From an uncultured Gammaproteobacteria bacterium (GTDB taxonomy: Bacteria; Patescibacteriota; Patescibacteriia; SBBC01; CAIJZX01): a stretch of 64,000 nucleotides of DNA. The stretch spans positions 5,701 through 69,700 of the forward strand of contig CAZFGG010000004.1 of the NCBI GenBank assembly GCA_964518425.1, given 5' to 3'. A program made the position numbers and the translations under genes. This document shows, one piece after another, positions 30,231 through 40,924 of this stretch (position 1 is the stretch's first letter; each line of letters begins with the position of its first letter). The notes beneath the pieces are model-generated. The model searched no databases. It saw nothing but the letters and a program-made list of their open reading frames with translations, and was not told the origin of the DNA.

Positions 30231-32627
30231 ATGGACACGCCGCGCGACCAGAAATTTATCCTGTGGTTTAACGAGCTTCGGAACACCGACGTCAAGCTGG
30301 TGGGCGGGAAAAACGCCTCACTGGGCGAAATGTATTCCTTGTTAACACCAAAAGGTGTTCGTATTCCGAATGGCTTTGCGGTGACGGCGGCAGCCTATTT
30401 TTACTTTCTGGAAAAAGCCGGCATTCGTGATGATATTAAGAAAATTTTGAGCGACCTGAATACGTCGAACATCAAGAATCTGCAGACGCGCGGAGCAAAG
30501 GTTCGCCAGACGATTCTCAACGCCACGTTGCCGCAAGACCTTCAAGACGCCATAGTCAAAAACTATCGGAAACTGGAAAAAGAGTTCACCAAGAATGTTG
30601 ATGTCGCTGTTCGATCATCGGCCACGGCGGAAGATTTGCCTGACGCCTCGTTCGCCGGCCAACAGGAAACGTACTTAGATATCCGCGGTGAGCAAGAGGT
30701 CGTGTCCGCGGTCAAACGCTGCTTCGCTTCTTTGTTTACTGATCGAGCCATCTCCTATCGTCATGACAAGGGCTTCGATCATTTTTCCATTGGGTTATCG
30801 GCGGCCGTACAAAAAATGGTACGGTCGGACAAAGCCTGTTCGGGGGTCATGTTCTCGATTGATACCGAGTCGGGTTTTTCTAATGCGGTCCTGGTGACCG
30901 GCTCGTGGGGCTTAGGGGAAAACATTGTTCTCGGTCGGGTCAATCCAGATGAATTCTATGTCTTTAAGCCAAGCCTGGCTCAGGGTAAGCCGGCAATTTT
31001 GACGCATACGATGGGCGATAAGCTAATCAAAATGGTGTATACGGCGAGCCCGAAGCAGCCAACGAAGAACATCAGCGTTCCGTCAGCCGACCGCACGAAA
31101 TTCATTTTGACTGATCCGGAAATTGAGCAACTGGCCCGTTGGGCGGTTGCCATCGAGCAGCACTACGGTAAGGCCATGGACATGGAGTGGGCCAAAGATG
31201 GCATGGCCAATCAGCTGTACATCGTTCAGGCCCGCCCGGAGACCGTTCACTCACAAGCGAAGAAAGACGTTCTTGAAGAATATATCCTCAAGCCGAACCA
31301 GCCCAAAAAGATTCTGACCAGCGGCTCACCGGTCGGAACAAAGATCGGCGTCGGTAAGGCTCGGGTCATCATGGATGCGAAGCACATCAGTCAGTTCAAA
31401 GCCGGTGAAGTCTTAGTGACGGATATGACAGATCCGGACTGGGAGCCGATCATGAAAATTGCTTCAGCTATCGTCACCAACCGCGGCGGCCGGACAGCAC
31501 ATGCCGCCATTATTTCCCGTGAACTTGGTATTCCGGCGATTGTCGGCACAAAAGATGCGACTAAGGCCATCCATACCGGCCAAGACGTATCCGTTGTTTG
31601 CTCCGAAGGTTCAGTCGGGAATGTGTACGCTGGTCGTTTGAAATTTGATGTCGTCACGCACGACCTCAAGAGCCTCAAACGGCCGCCAGTCAAAATTATG
31701 ATGAACATTGGCAATCCGGAGCAGGCCTTCGGCCAAAGCTTCATTCCCAATGATGGCGTTGGTTTGGCCCGCGAAGAATTCATTACGGCTTCCTGGATTG
31801 GTATCCATCCGATGGCGCTCATCCGTTACCCGAAACTGAAGGACGCGAAGGCAAAACGAATTATTGCCAAACGGACCGCCGGCTACAAAGACAAAAAACA
31901 GTTCTACGTTGATACTATGGCTTCGGGCGTGGCCATGATCGCCGCGGCCTTCTATCCAAAAGATGTGATCTTGCGCTTAGCCGACTTCAAGTCGAACGAG
32001 TACGCGACGCTGACCGGCGGACGAGAATTCGAGCCGAAAGAAGATAATCCGATGATGGGCTGGCGCGGCGCGGCGCGGTACTACAGTGATGCCTACCGTG
32101 AAGCCTTTGTGCTTGAGTTAAAAGCGATGGTCAAGGTTCGGGAGACGATGGGTTTGAATAACCTCAAGTTGATGGTGCCAATGTGCCGGACGATCGATGA
32201 GGCCAAAAAAGTTATCAAACTCATGGCCGACAACGGACTTGTCCAGGGCAAAAATGGATTGCAAATCTACTGCATGGTTGAAGTCCCCTCGAATGTTATC
32301 CTGATCGACGAGTTTGCTAAGTACTTTGATGGCTTCTCCATCGGTTCGAATGATCTGACCCAGTTCACCCTGGCTGCTGACCGAGACTCTGAGCTGGTCA
32401 ACCATATTTACGACGAGCACAACCCCGCGGCGAAATGGATGTTCTCCCGGGCGATCAACGGTGCCCGGACTGCCAAAAAGAAAATTGGATTCTGTGGCCA
32501 GGCCCCATCGGACTACCCGGATATTGCCCTCTTCTTGGCCCAAGAAGGCATTGACTCTATTTCCCTCAATCCCGATACCGTCATTAAAACGACGCTCATG
32601 CTGAATCAGAAATTAGCTCCACGATAG
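30231..32627 (+). CDS. ppsA: Phosphoenolpyruvate synthase (pyruvate, water dikinase)
   Basis: 'NELRNTDVKLVGGKNASLGEM', phosphohistidine domain 'GGRTAHAAIISRELGIPAIVG', C-terminal PEP-utilising TIM barrel. 798 aa. Confidence 0.93.
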   Translation: MDTPRDQKFILWFNELRNTDVKLVGGKNASLGEMYSLLTPKGVRIPNGFAVTAAAYFYFLEKAGIRDDIKKILSDLNTSNIKNLQTRGAKVRQTILNATLPQDLQDAIVKNYRKLEKEFTKNVDVAVRSSATAEDLPDASFAGQQETYLDIRGEQEVVSAVKRCFASLFTDRAISYRHDKGFDHFSIGLSAAVQKMVRSDKACSGVMFSIDTESGFSNAVLVTGSWGLGENIVLGRVNPDEFYVFKPSLAQGKPAILTHTMGDKLIKMVYTASPKQPTKNISVPSADRTKFILTDPEIEQLARWAVAIEQHYGKAMDMEWAKDGMANQLYIVQARPETVHSQAKKDVLEEYILKPNQPKKILTSGSPVGTKIGVGKARVIMDAKHISQFKAGEVLVTDMTDPDWEPIMKIASAIVTNRGGRTAHAAIISRELGIPAIVGTKDATKAIHTGQDVSVVCSEGSVGNVYAGRLKFDVVTHDLKSLKRPPVKIMMNIGNPEQAFGQSFIPNDGVGLAREEFITASWIGIHPMALIRYPKLKDAKAKRIIAKRTAGYKDKKQFYVDTMASGVAMIAAAFYPKDVILRLADFKSNEYATLTGGREFEPKEDNPMMGWRGAARYYSDAYREAFVLELKAMVKVRETMGLNNLKLMVPMCRTIDEAKKVIKLMADNGLVQGKNGLQIYCMVEVPSNVILIDEFAKYFDGFSIGSNDLTQFTLAADRDSELVNHIYDEHNPAAKWMFSRAINGARTAKKKIGFCGQAPSDYPDIALFLAQEGIDSISLNPDTVIKTTLMLNQKLAPR

Positions 32628-32628
32628 T

Positions 32629-34563
32629 ATGCGTGCTCACCGTAGCCACGTGGCGGTGGCCGGTTTCATTTTTCTGTTGGCGGTAGCGACACAAATCAAC
32701 CCGCAGCATCGCGTCGATGCTGCGCCGACGGGCCTGCCGGGTACGAGCGCAATCAACTATCCCCACTTTGCCTTATACGACGGCAATCGAAGCTGGGGGT
32801 ACCCGACGATCAATGATGACGGTACGTTGAGCACCTCAACGATTGATCAACTGGCCAAATACTCGTTCATTACCCTCGAGCCAACGCCGTTTACCGACGT
32901 CCGGACGGATGTTATCGACCAGCTCCGTCAGCGGAACGCCAATATGAAAATCTTGGGCTACATTCTGCCCTTCTATGCCCTACGATCGTACAGCGATCCG
33001 AATTATTATTATCAGAAAATATGGGCCCTCGCGAATGACTCATCCGTCAGCGATCCGAATGCTGCCGCCGGTCCAAACAATAGCTGGCTCTACAAACAAA
33101 GCGGTTCGCTGTTCGCTGAATACTTCACCAACATCAACTTGGCTAAACGAACGTCCAACGGGGATGGGACCTATACGTATACCACCGCTGAAGCCATCGC
33201 TAACCTGATCATTCAAAATATTATTTCCAAACATGATTCCAATGGGCGCGTCTTGCTTGACGGAATGTTTTTTGACGGCATGACCTACGATATTGGATTT
33301 CTGGACGACGCCTATCATCTCGACTACGTTCGAGCCGGATATAGCGACGACCAAAGTTTTCGCGATGGATGGAAAACAGCGGTAGGTATTTTAGCCGATC
33401 GCTTACGCCAAGCGGCCGGCCCAGACTTTATTCTATCGGCCAATAGTGGAAACGGGACGTCAGCCCTCTACTCAAATTTCAATGGCTGGATGTACGAAAA
33501 TTTCCCGGCCCAAGAGGGTGGAACGTGGCAGAACAACATGTTCTGGTACGCCGGCGGATATATGTTCAATGAAAGCCTGTACCGACAACCGCCCTACAAC
33601 TTCCTCAATACCTGGACGAATGCGGATACCCCGACGGATCCAACCACGATGCGCCGTGAGCGCCTCGGTCTAGGTTCAGCTTCGCTCGGCTCAGGCTGGG
33701 CAATTTTCGGCGACGGGTCGCGAGGAACCGATTCACGAGCCGGCGGATATCGCTATGACCTGTGGTGGTTTGATGAATACGCGGTTGACCTGACCACGGG
33801 ACAGAGCAGTACGAGCGGCCAAAAAACCGGCTGGCGCGGACAACCAACGGCTGATATGTATCAAATGAGCCGCCCGAACGCAATGGCGGATTTGGTCCCC
33901 CTCCCGGGGCTCGAAACGAACGCGACGGGGTGGAACATTGGCTCGAACTCATATGGGTCGGTCAGTCGAGATACAACGGTCAGCCAAGTCGGTAACGCTT
34001 CGATCAAAACGCACGTGACCACCGGCGACAGCGTCGTCTGGTACCAAGTCAGCGCGGCCACGGCTTTACCATCACCGGTGACTTCGGGGTTGACCTATGC
34101 CCTGACGTTTTGGGCCAACTCTTCAACAGCGCGACGCATCAACGTAGTCTTGGCGCCGACCGGTCAACCGGCTCTGGCTGAGCAGTTAGTCCCGCTGTCT
34201 GTCGGCTGGAAACAGTATCAAATTGTTTTAACACCGAATTCGAGTGGCTTGGTCAATCTCCGTTTCGATGTCTCGGAGACGGCTGGGGACATCTGGTTTG
34301 ATGATATTCATGTCCAGCGAGGGGCGACAAGCGTCTATCGGCGGGACTTTGATCATGGTACCGTTTTGGTCAATCCTGATACGTCGGCTCAGTCGGTGAC
34401 TCTTGAGAAACCATATAAAAAAATTACCGGAATAACAGATCCTACGACGAACGATGGTTCAACGGTCACGTCGCTGAATGTGCCCGCTCAAGACGCCATT
34501 TTTTTACTGAACCTGGATATTACTCCGCCCAGCCCAGTGGCGGATTTGCAAGTCCGATCTTGA
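32629..34563 (+). CDS. Secreted putative glycoside-hydrolase-like (TIM-barrel GHL-type) protein with a C-terminal CBM4/9-like beta-sandwich
   Basis: Signal peptide. The central region resembles hypothetical GHL/GH114-like exopolysaccharide hydrolases. The C-terminal 'NIGSNSYGSVSRDTTV...IWFDDIHVQ' looks like a carbohydrate-binding module. Assignment is tentative. Confidence 0.35.
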   Translation: MRAHRSHVAVAGFIFLLAVATQINPQHRVDAAPTGLPGTSAINYPHFALYDGNRSWGYPTINDDGTLSTSTIDQLAKYSFITLEPTPFTDVRTDVIDQLRQRNANMKILGYILPFYALRSYSDPNYYYQKIWALANDSSVSDPNAAAGPNNSWLYKQSGSLFAEYFTNINLAKRTSNGDGTYTYTTAEAIANLIIQNIISKHDSNGRVLLDGMFFDGMTYDIGFLDDAYHLDYVRAGYSDDQSFRDGWKTAVGILADRLRQAAGPDFILSANSGNGTSALYSNFNGWMYENFPAQEGGTWQNNMFWYAGGYMFNESLYRQPPYNFLNTWTNADTPTDPTTMRRERLGLGSASLGSGWAIFGDGSRGTDSRAGGYRYDLWWFDEYAVDLTTGQSSTSGQKTGWRGQPTADMYQMSRPNAMADLVPLPGLETNATGWNIGSNSYGSVSRDTTVSQVGNASIKTHVTTGDSVVWYQVSAATALPSPVTSGLTYALTFWANSSTARRINVVLAPTGQPALAEQLVPLSVGWKQYQIVLTPNSSGLVNLRFDVSETAGDIWFDDIHVQRGATSVYRRDFDHGTVLVNPDTSAQSVTLEKPYKKITGITDPTTNDGSTVTSLNVPAQDAIFLLNLDITPPSPVADLQVRS

Positions 34564-34691
34564 GATTGAACAGCTCCGTTCCTGATGATTTCGATATCCT
34601 AGGTTTTTGACAAGCATGTCGGTTTCCGATAATCTCGGAACGGCTCGTTGAGGTTGTCAAAAGGGAAAGCTCCATGACTTTTTGCCCACGG

Positions 34692-34776
34692 CGGAGGGTT
34701 CGCATAGTGGTCTAGTGCACACGCTTGGAAAGCGTGCATACCGAAAGGTATCGAGAGTTCGAATCTCTCACCCTCC
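34692..34776 (+). tRNA. tRNA-Ser (anticodon GGA), type II
   Basis: GGAGGGT...CACGC-TTGGAAA-GCGTG, long variable arm, GAGAG-TTCGAAT-CTCTC, acceptor ACCCTCC, discriminator G. CCA not encoded. Confidence 0.85.
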
Positions 34777-34850
34777 GCTGTGGGCAGAATGTTGATGAAT
34801 TCGGGAAGAAACCCAGTGCGGTTTTTCTTCGGTCGTGGTAAGGTACGAAC

Positions 34851-36656
34851 ATGCTGACGCCAGTTGAAGAAATCAAACAACGGCTTGACATCGTTGATCT
34901 GATTAACGAGTATGTTCAGTTGCGCCCGGCCGGAACGAGCTTTAAGGCCAAGTGCCCTTTCCATAACGAAAAAACGCCGTCGTTTATGGTCTCGCGCGAT
35001 CGGGGAACCTGGCACTGTTTTGGCTGCGGCCGGGGAGGAGATATGTTTTCATTCGTGCAAGAAATTGAAAGCATGGATTTTCCCGAGACATTGCGGTTAT
35101 TAGCTAAACGAGCCGGAGTCCAACTCAAGGATTTTGACCCTCAGGCGCAGACCCAGAAAACCCGCATGCTCGACCTCATGCGTTGGGTCAGTCGGTATTA
35201 CCAGGAAGTTTTGCGAAAAAGTAGTGAAGCATCCGTGGCCCGGGATTACCTCAAGCAACGTGGACTTACTCCTGATACAATTGAGGATTTCGGGATTGGT
35301 TATGCGCCGGCCCAATGGGATGCCACCTTCCAAGCTCTGCGAAAAAAAGGTTTTTCCGATGATGATATTTTTCAAGCGGGGCTGACGATCAAGAAAGATC
35401 GAGGCGCCGGATTTTATGATCGCTTCCGTGGCCGGATTATGTTTCCCGTCGCTGATCTTCACGGAACGGTTGTTGGATTCAGTGGACGCATTCTTGACGT
35501 GACCGTTGATCCGCACGGCCCACCCCCGGCGAAGTATATCAACTCGCCGCAGACGATTGTCTACAACAAGAGTGGTGTCCTATATGGTCTCGATAAAGCC
35601 AAGCAAGCGATCAAGAAATCTGACCGGGCGGTCTTGGTCGAAGGCCAAATGGACTGCGTCACGTCCCACCAAGCCGGGATGACGAATGTCGTAGCGAGTT
35701 CAGGCACCGCCTTGACAGCCGAACAAGTCGGTTTGATTAAAAGATTTTCATCGAATATTGTTTTATCCTTCGATCGAGACGCGGCCGGCGCCCAAGCCGC
35801 TCTGCGTGGCGTCGATCAAGCCCTAATAGCTCAAATGAATGTCTTCATTGTCCGCTTACCGGCCGGAAAAGATCCGGACGAGCTCATCCGTCATGACGCG
35901 CCGGCCTGGACGGCGGCCATTACCGGGGCCCAACCCTACCTCGATTATATGTTTGATGAAGCGGTGCAGAACCGCGATCTGAGCAAAGTCCAGGAGAAAA
36001 AGGCCGTGGCCAAATTCCTCTTGCCCATCCTGAGCAAGGTGGCCGATCCTGTTGAACAGGCCCATTACCTTCAGCGTTTAGGCGAATTAGTTCACGTTGA
36101 ACCAGCCGCCCTCCGCCGGTCTCTGCCGAGTGAACGCCGACCGGCGAACAGTCGAAAAAACCAGCCGGCTGCCGTGGCGGCCGCGCCAGTCATGGTGGAC
36201 CGATGGCGAGCAATCTCGGAACGGTTATTAGCCTGCCTCATCCGTCAGCCATCATTGATCGGATTGGTTGAAACCCGCTTTAAACCAGAGTATCTCGTGG
36301 GCGACGACCTGGAGCGACTGTACAAAACGTTAGTCATCTGGTATAGTCAGGACCACTTTTCACAGCCGAGTGATCTCAGCCGACTAGCGACAGCCCTCGA
36401 TCCAGACCAGCAAGAACGGTTAACCGTTCTGACGCTGCTGGGCGATAAGGAATTAGCGACTGAGACGTCAGCTGTGCTGGAGCAGGATGTCTTGACGATG
36501 ACGGTTGACTTACAGCGTCACGCCCTGACCGAAGAGCTCCGCCATATCGAAGTTGATCTACGTCAGCTTGAACAACGGTCCGGTTCCGGACCAGAGCTGT
36601 CGGCGGTCTTAGCGCGGTTTCAGTCAGTCACGAATGAATTACGTCAGCTCTCATAA
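34851..36656 (+). CDS. dnaG: DNA primase
   Basis: CHC2 zinc finger '[30 protein letters not shown]', TOPRIM '[10 protein letters not shown]'. 601 aa. Confidence 0.93.
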   Translation: MLTPVEEIKQRLDIVDLINEYVQLRPAGTSFKAKCPFHNEKTPSFMVSRDRGTWHCFGCGRGGDMFSFVQEIESMDFPETLRLLAKRAGVQLKDFDPQAQTQKTRMLDLMRWVSRYYQEVLRKSSEASVARDYLKQRGLTPDTIEDFGIGYAPAQWDATFQALRKKGFSDDDIFQAGLTIKKDRGAGFYDRFRGRIMFPVADLHGTVVGFSGRILDVTVDPHGPPPAKYINSPQTIVYNKSGVLYGLDKAKQAIKKSDRAVLVEGQMDCVTSHQAGMTNVVASSGTALTAEQVGLIKRFSSNIVLSFDRDAAGAQAALRGVDQALIAQMNVFIVRLPAGKDPDELIRHDAPAWTAAITGAQPYLDYMFDEAVQNRDLSKVQEKKAVAKFLLPILSKVADPVEQAHYLQRLGELVHVEPAALRRSLPSERRPANSRKNQPAAVAAAPVMVDRWRAISERLLACLIRQPSLIGLVETRFKPEYLVGDDLERLYKTLVIWYSQDHFSQPSDLSRLATALDPDQQERLTVLTLLGDKELATETSAVLEQDVLTMTVDLQRHALTEELRHIEVDLRQLEQRSGSGPELSAVLARFQSVTNELRQLS

Positions 36657-36664
36657 TTTTTTCC

Positions 36665-37882
36665 ATGCCGAAGAAAATAACGAAGAAGAAAGCGACGCGA
36701 GTTGTCAAAGCGAAGTCAGTCCGCAAGGCAACGAAATCATCCCTCAAACGCAACCTCAAGGCAGCTCCTGAGCGCCGGTCAGCAGGTCGACTCCAGCAAG
36801 CCGAGCTGGACGAGCTCATTAAGAAGGGCCGCCAGCGTGGCTTCATGACGGAAACCGAGCTGTTGTACGCCTTGCCGGAATTAGAGGAATACGTTGATCA
36901 GTACGAAGACCTCCTTGACGCGTTCGAGAAAAACGGAATTACGGTTGTTGAATCTGGACCGAGCCTGCTTGAGCCGGCCACCAAGCCGAGCTTCCTCGAG
37001 CCGGCGCATTCGAAGAAACACCTACCCCACGATGAGCGACATTTTGATTTAGGCGATATCTCGAATGATTCCATCCAGATGTACTTGCGGGAAATTGGTA
37101 AAGTTCCGCTGCTAACGGCTGAAGAGGAAGTTTCTCTCGCTAAGCGCAAGGATGCTGGAGACGCTGAAGCTTCAAAACGGTTGGTCGAAGCCAACCTTCG
37201 TCTGGTCGTCTCCATTGCCAAAAAGTTTACTGGCCGGTCGCTGTCCTTACTTGACCTCATCCAAGAGGGGAACATCGGCCTCTTCCGGGCCGTTGAAAAA
37301 TTTGATTATCGTAAAGGCTACAAGTTCTCAACATACGCGACGTGGTGGATCCGGCAAGCAATTACCCGGGCCCTGGCCGACCAATCGCGAACCATTCGCA
37401 TTCCCGTCCACATGGTTGAGACGATCAATAAATTCCAGCAAATTGAACGCCAATTGATTCAAGACCTCGGTCGTGAGCCATTGCCGGAAGAAATCGCCGC
37501 GGAAATGGGGGAACCAGTTGACAAAATTCGTCATATCATGAAAATCTCCCAGGACACAGTCTCGCTGGAAACCTCTGTCGGTGAAGACGATGAAGACTCA
37601 ACACTCGGAGACTTCATTGAAGACGTCAAATCTATTTCACCGGACAAAGTAGCCGCTTTACAGCTTCTGCGTGACGATGTCCGTCGGATTATTGAAACCT
37701 TGTCGCCCCGCGAACAGAAAATTCTCGAGATGCGCTTCGGTCTAACGGATGGCGTGGCCCATACCCTCGAAGAAGTTGGCCAGGAATTTGGCGTGACGCG
37801 CGAACGTATCCGTCAGATTGAATCAAAAGCCTTGGAGAAAATTCAGCAGCATCATCACATGAAAAAGTTGCGAGATTACTAA
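36665..37882 (+). CDS. rpoD: RNA polymerase primary sigma factor (sigma-70)
   Basis: Regions 1.2-4.2 are recognisable ('[40 protein letters not shown]', '[20 protein letters not shown]'). Lys-rich N-terminal tail. Lies directly after dnaG. Confidence 0.95.
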   Translation: MPKKITKKKATRVVKAKSVRKATKSSLKRNLKAAPERRSAGRLQQAELDELIKKGRQRGFMTETELLYALPELEEYVDQYEDLLDAFEKNGITVVESGPSLLEPATKPSFLEPAHSKKHLPHDERHFDLGDISNDSIQMYLREIGKVPLLTAEEEVSLAKRKDAGDAEASKRLVEANLRLVVSIAKKFTGRSLSLLDLIQEGNIGLFRAVEKFDYRKGYKFSTYATWWIRQAITRALADQSRTIRIPVHMVETINKFQQIERQLIQDLGREPLPEEIAAEMGEPVDKIRHIMKISQDTVSLETSVGEDDEDSTLGDFIEDVKSISPDKVAALQLLRDDVRRIIETLSPREQKILEMRFGLTDGVAHTLEEVGQEFGVTRERIRQIESKALEKIQQHHHMKKLRDY

Positions 37883-37895
37883 TACCGCAATGTAC

Positions 37896-37920
37896 AAAAA
37901 CGCCCAAGCGGGCGTTTTTG
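37896..37920 (+). terminator. Rho-independent terminator after rpoD (AAAAACGCCC-aagc-GGGCGTTTTTG)
   Basis: Symmetric A5/T5 flanks; could act bidirectionally. Confidence 0.8.
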
Positions 37921-38024
37921 TTTACCCAGGAGATCTTGACAGAAAGGATATACCGTGCTAGATTGAGACGTTTTTTCCGGCACATAACGCACCTTGTTAG
38001 CTCACCCCATAGAGAGGTTCAGTC

Positions 38025-38594
38025 ATGAAACGCCTACTCGCGCTGCTGGTTGTTAGCGGCGCCCTTATGGCCACGTCGGCCATGGCCGCATCATTGGTCG
38101 ACATCGACCTGGTCAGCTCGCCTGACGATCCGATTACTCAGGCCCAGACTATTCATCTGGACTCGGTCCGGGATTCGATTCAGGTCTTTACGAATCACTG
38201 GCTCGGTCTCAGCTTCTACGCTCGTGGGCGTGGGGCGGACAGTACGAGTTGGTTCGAACTGGACTTCGCGGCCGATTCCACCCTGCTTCAAGTTCAGGAC
38301 TACGGAAACGCCGCTCGTTTCCCAGCCGTCCCAGCCAAGGTGTTCAGCCTGCAAGTCTCCAGTTTTCATCAGATCTGTCCGTCGCTGCATGGCGACTTCA
38401 GCATCTCCGAGCTGGAGCAACATCCTAGCCAGCCAGGAAATGATCTGGAGACGACGAAATTGAAGCTGACCTTCAACCAGTATGAAGATGGAATGCCCTT
38501 CCCTTTGCAGGGCGTCATCACCATATCGCCGGTCTCGAGTACGTCGGCGGGGCCCATGTCGTGGGGAGAGTTGAAAATCTTGTACAACCGTTGA
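38025..38594 (+). CDS. Secreted hypothetical protein
   Basis: Signal peptide 'MKRLLALLVVSGALMATSAMA'. Confidence 0.45.
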   Translation: MKRLLALLVVSGALMATSAMAASLVDIDLVSSPDDPITQAQTIHLDSVRDSIQVFTNHWLGLSFYARGRGADSTSWFELDFAADSTLLQVQDYGNAARFPAVPAKVFSLQVSSFHQICPSLHGDFSISELEQHPSQPGNDLETTKLKLTFNQYEDGMPFPLQGVITISPVSSTSAGPMSWGELKILYNR

Positions 38595-38650
38595 CTTTCG
38601 TCAACACACCGCGCGTGACCTTCTGGCCACGCGCGTTTCTTTTTGTTTGT

Positions 38651-40774
38651 TTATCCGCCGGCGCAGGTCGACTTGCCGGTGTTACTGGTGATGATCAGAA
38701 CGGTTGGCGTCAGGAACGTGTTGCCGGCCGTATCGGTGACCGTCGTATTTAAGCGATGATGCCCATTGCAGTACAGGGCGGAGTTGAAGACAGCGGAATA
38801 GGGGGCAGCGGTTGAAACGAAGCCGGATTGATTATCGTCAACGTGAAATTGGACCGAGGCAATGCCGATGTTATCCGAGGCAGTCGCGGTCATAGTCGCA
38901 TCGCCCGTCATGGTTGTTTCGGCTGGCGTGCTGATCGATCCGGTTGGTAGGGTATCATCGACCACAAAGCTCAAGGTCGGCAGGGTCGTTGTTTGACCGA
39001 AGGTGTCTGTGGCTTTAACGATGAGGGTGTGACTAGCTAGGTTCGCTAAAGTGACATTCCGCAAGGACAGCCCCCAGCTATACGTTCCGAGAGCCGCATA
39101 CCACTGACCATCAATCTGTACTTCGACCTTTTGAAGGTCACCATTATCATCTGCCCGCCCGGCGATTAAGCACGTTGAGCAGAGATAGCGGCCAGCCGGA
39201 GATGAGTGACTGTTATCACTCGGCAGAACAAGCGAGAGAGTCGGTGGTGTTGTGTCCTGGCTCGTGTCTTTTGGAAACTCGAATTTCCCCATGTCAATAC
39301 GCGATCCGCCAACTGGCGGCGGCGGGGAAACTGGATCACCCCGGTCGATCGCTGGGCTACCATCTGATAGATTATACGATCCTCCGTCAAACAAGGGGTC
39401 AACGCCCGTTGAATGGACATCCTGACCGGTTCGCGCGATGAACGTCGTGATCGGCATAGACGAGGCGCCACAACACGAAGCCCAGTAGGTAATCGGCGTG
39501 GTTGAGCCGACACGCCAGAAGTTATTGTAGTCACCAAGGTACGTGCCCAAACCATTATCATTGAAATACATGGCCGGGGCGTCGTAGCTATAAAAAATAT
39601 TATTCCGGACATTCAATCTGCCCTTGCCATCAATAAGTAAGGCCCGGCCATGCAGGGCCACGACCGTGTTATTGGTGACGGTGGTCGTGGTCGTATTGTC
39701 TCCCACGCCGATAATCAGCGCCCCGCCATCGCTCGCGCTATTGGACGCGTAAATTGTGTTGTGGTCAAAGACGTCATTGCCGGTCGTCGTATCGTGCAAG
39801 ACGATACCACGTGTGGCGCCGGGCGGACCGCCAGAGCCACCGGAGAAGTAATTGTTTTTGATCAGGTTATCATGGCCCCAGGGTAACGTTTCATTGCCGG
39901 GACCATTGAAGCGTGCGGCATACTCGTTGGTTTTTTCGGTGTTCCCAATGAAGGTGTTATATGACGAGCCGTCACGGACGTACCACCCATATCGCTCCGA
40001 ACCATCGTTGAAACTCGGATAGGTGACGTTAAATGTGTTGTTCTTGAAGGTGTTGAAGAACGAGTAGTGGACTTGAATAGCGTTGCCCGTTCCGACAAAC
40101 TTGACTGGATTATTGTCAAAAACATTATTCCGGGCGAAGAAGAGCTGGATGTACCGGCTGTCTGACGTCGGGGCGGGTGTGGTTAGGCCGGTTTGAGCGA
40201 TAGAATTGTGAATAAAGGAATTGCCTTCAACATAGTTCAGATCAGTTCCTTTGAGTTGAATAGCCGCGAAGGCGTCGGCTGGAGTATAAATGAAGTTGTC
40301 CTGAAAAAGATTATCATCACTTGAAACTCCAAGATAGTTGAAGTGTGAGTTGATCACCTGATTGTGTCCGCCCCCGCCGAGGGAAATGCCACCGGGGATC
40401 GTTAAGTTTTTAATGACCACGCCCCTTCGATCAGTCAGGGTAATACTGTTGCTTCCCGTGACCTTGTGGGATTGTCCATCAAGCGTGACGTTATCAGCGG
40501 AAAAAGTGAAATTTCCGTTCCCGGCGATATCGCCTCCCAGGCAATACGTTTTTCCGCTTGATCCAAGCGTGTAGGGCAGGCTGTTGATAGTATAGTTACA
40601 AGCCACCGGTGTATTCGTATTGCCACTCCCTTCATTTCCACCAGAAATGAAAAAAATGATGGCGCTGGAAATAACAGATAGTCCACCAATGGCAATTGAT
40701 GCGACCAGAAAGACGCGGGTGAGAGAAATCACCTTACCTAGCGTGCTGGTTTTTTCTTGAGTCGTCATGGGCAT
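38651..40774 (-). CDS. Large secreted right-handed beta-helix (pectate-lyase-like repeat) protein with C-terminal Ig-like domains
   Basis: N-terminal TM/signal. Many 'NN.I..N' parallel beta-helix repeat units. C-terminal Big-like modules ('ASVQFHVDDNQSGFVSTAAPYSAVFNS'). Confidence 0.55.
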   Translation of the reverse strand: MPMTTQEKTSTLGKVISLTRVFLVASIAIGGLSVISSAIIFFISGGNEGSGNTNTPVACNYTINSLPYTLGSSGKTYCLGGDIAGNGNFTFSADNVTLDGQSHKVTGSNSITLTDRRGVVIKNLTIPGGISLGGGGHNQVINSHFNYLGVSSDDNLFQDNFIYTPADAFAAIQLKGTDLNYVEGNSFIHNSIAQTGLTTPAPTSDSRYIQLFFARNNVFDNNPVKFVGTGNAIQVHYSFFNTFKNNTFNVTYPSFNDGSERYGWYVRDGSSYNTFIGNTEKTNEYAARFNGPGNETLPWGHDNLIKNNYFSGGSGGPPGATRGIVLHDTTTGNDVFDHNTIYASNSASDGGALIIGVGDNTTTTTVTNNTVVALHGRALLIDGKGRLNVRNNIFYSYDAPAMYFNDNGLGTYLGDYNNFWRVGSTTPITYWASCCGASSMPITTFIARTGQDVHSTGVDPLFDGGSYNLSDGSPAIDRGDPVSPPPPVGGSRIDMGKFEFPKDTSQDTTPPTLSLVLPSDNSHSSPAGRYLCSTCLIAGRADDNGDLQKVEVQIDGQWYAALGTYSWGLSLRNVTLANLASHTLIVKATDTFGQTTTLPTLSFVVDDTLPTGSISTPAETTMTGDATMTATASDNIGIASVQFHVDDNQSGFVSTAAPYSAVFNSALYCNGHHRLNTTVTDTAGNTFLTPTVLIITSNTGKSTCAGG

Positions 40775-40877
40775 TGGTACGAGTTTCTCCTTAAGGAGTG
40801 TAGTCTATTTGGAGCTATATTGGCAACAAAGCCTAGGTTAGTAGTCCAAGCAGTTCTGACGTTCAGAAGAATCTAAA

Positions 40878-40900
40878 GCGCCCCCGAAAAACGGGGGCGC
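40878..40900 (-). terminator. Hairpin GCGCCCCCG-aaaaa-CGGGGGCGC downstream of the 40925..42256 gene
   Basis: Perfect 9-bp GC stem. The T-tract on the minus strand is short (TTT), so strength is uncertain. Confidence 0.5.
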
Positions 40901-40924
40901 TGGCTTGAAATTTTCCTCTTCAGT

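Noticed and set aside
34563-34690. The tRNA-Ser and tRNA-Leu genes as the island integration site
   Set aside because: The compositional shift occurs at about 42.3 kb, 7.5 kb away from tRNA-Ser. No partial tRNA 3'-end duplication was seen near 42.3 kb.
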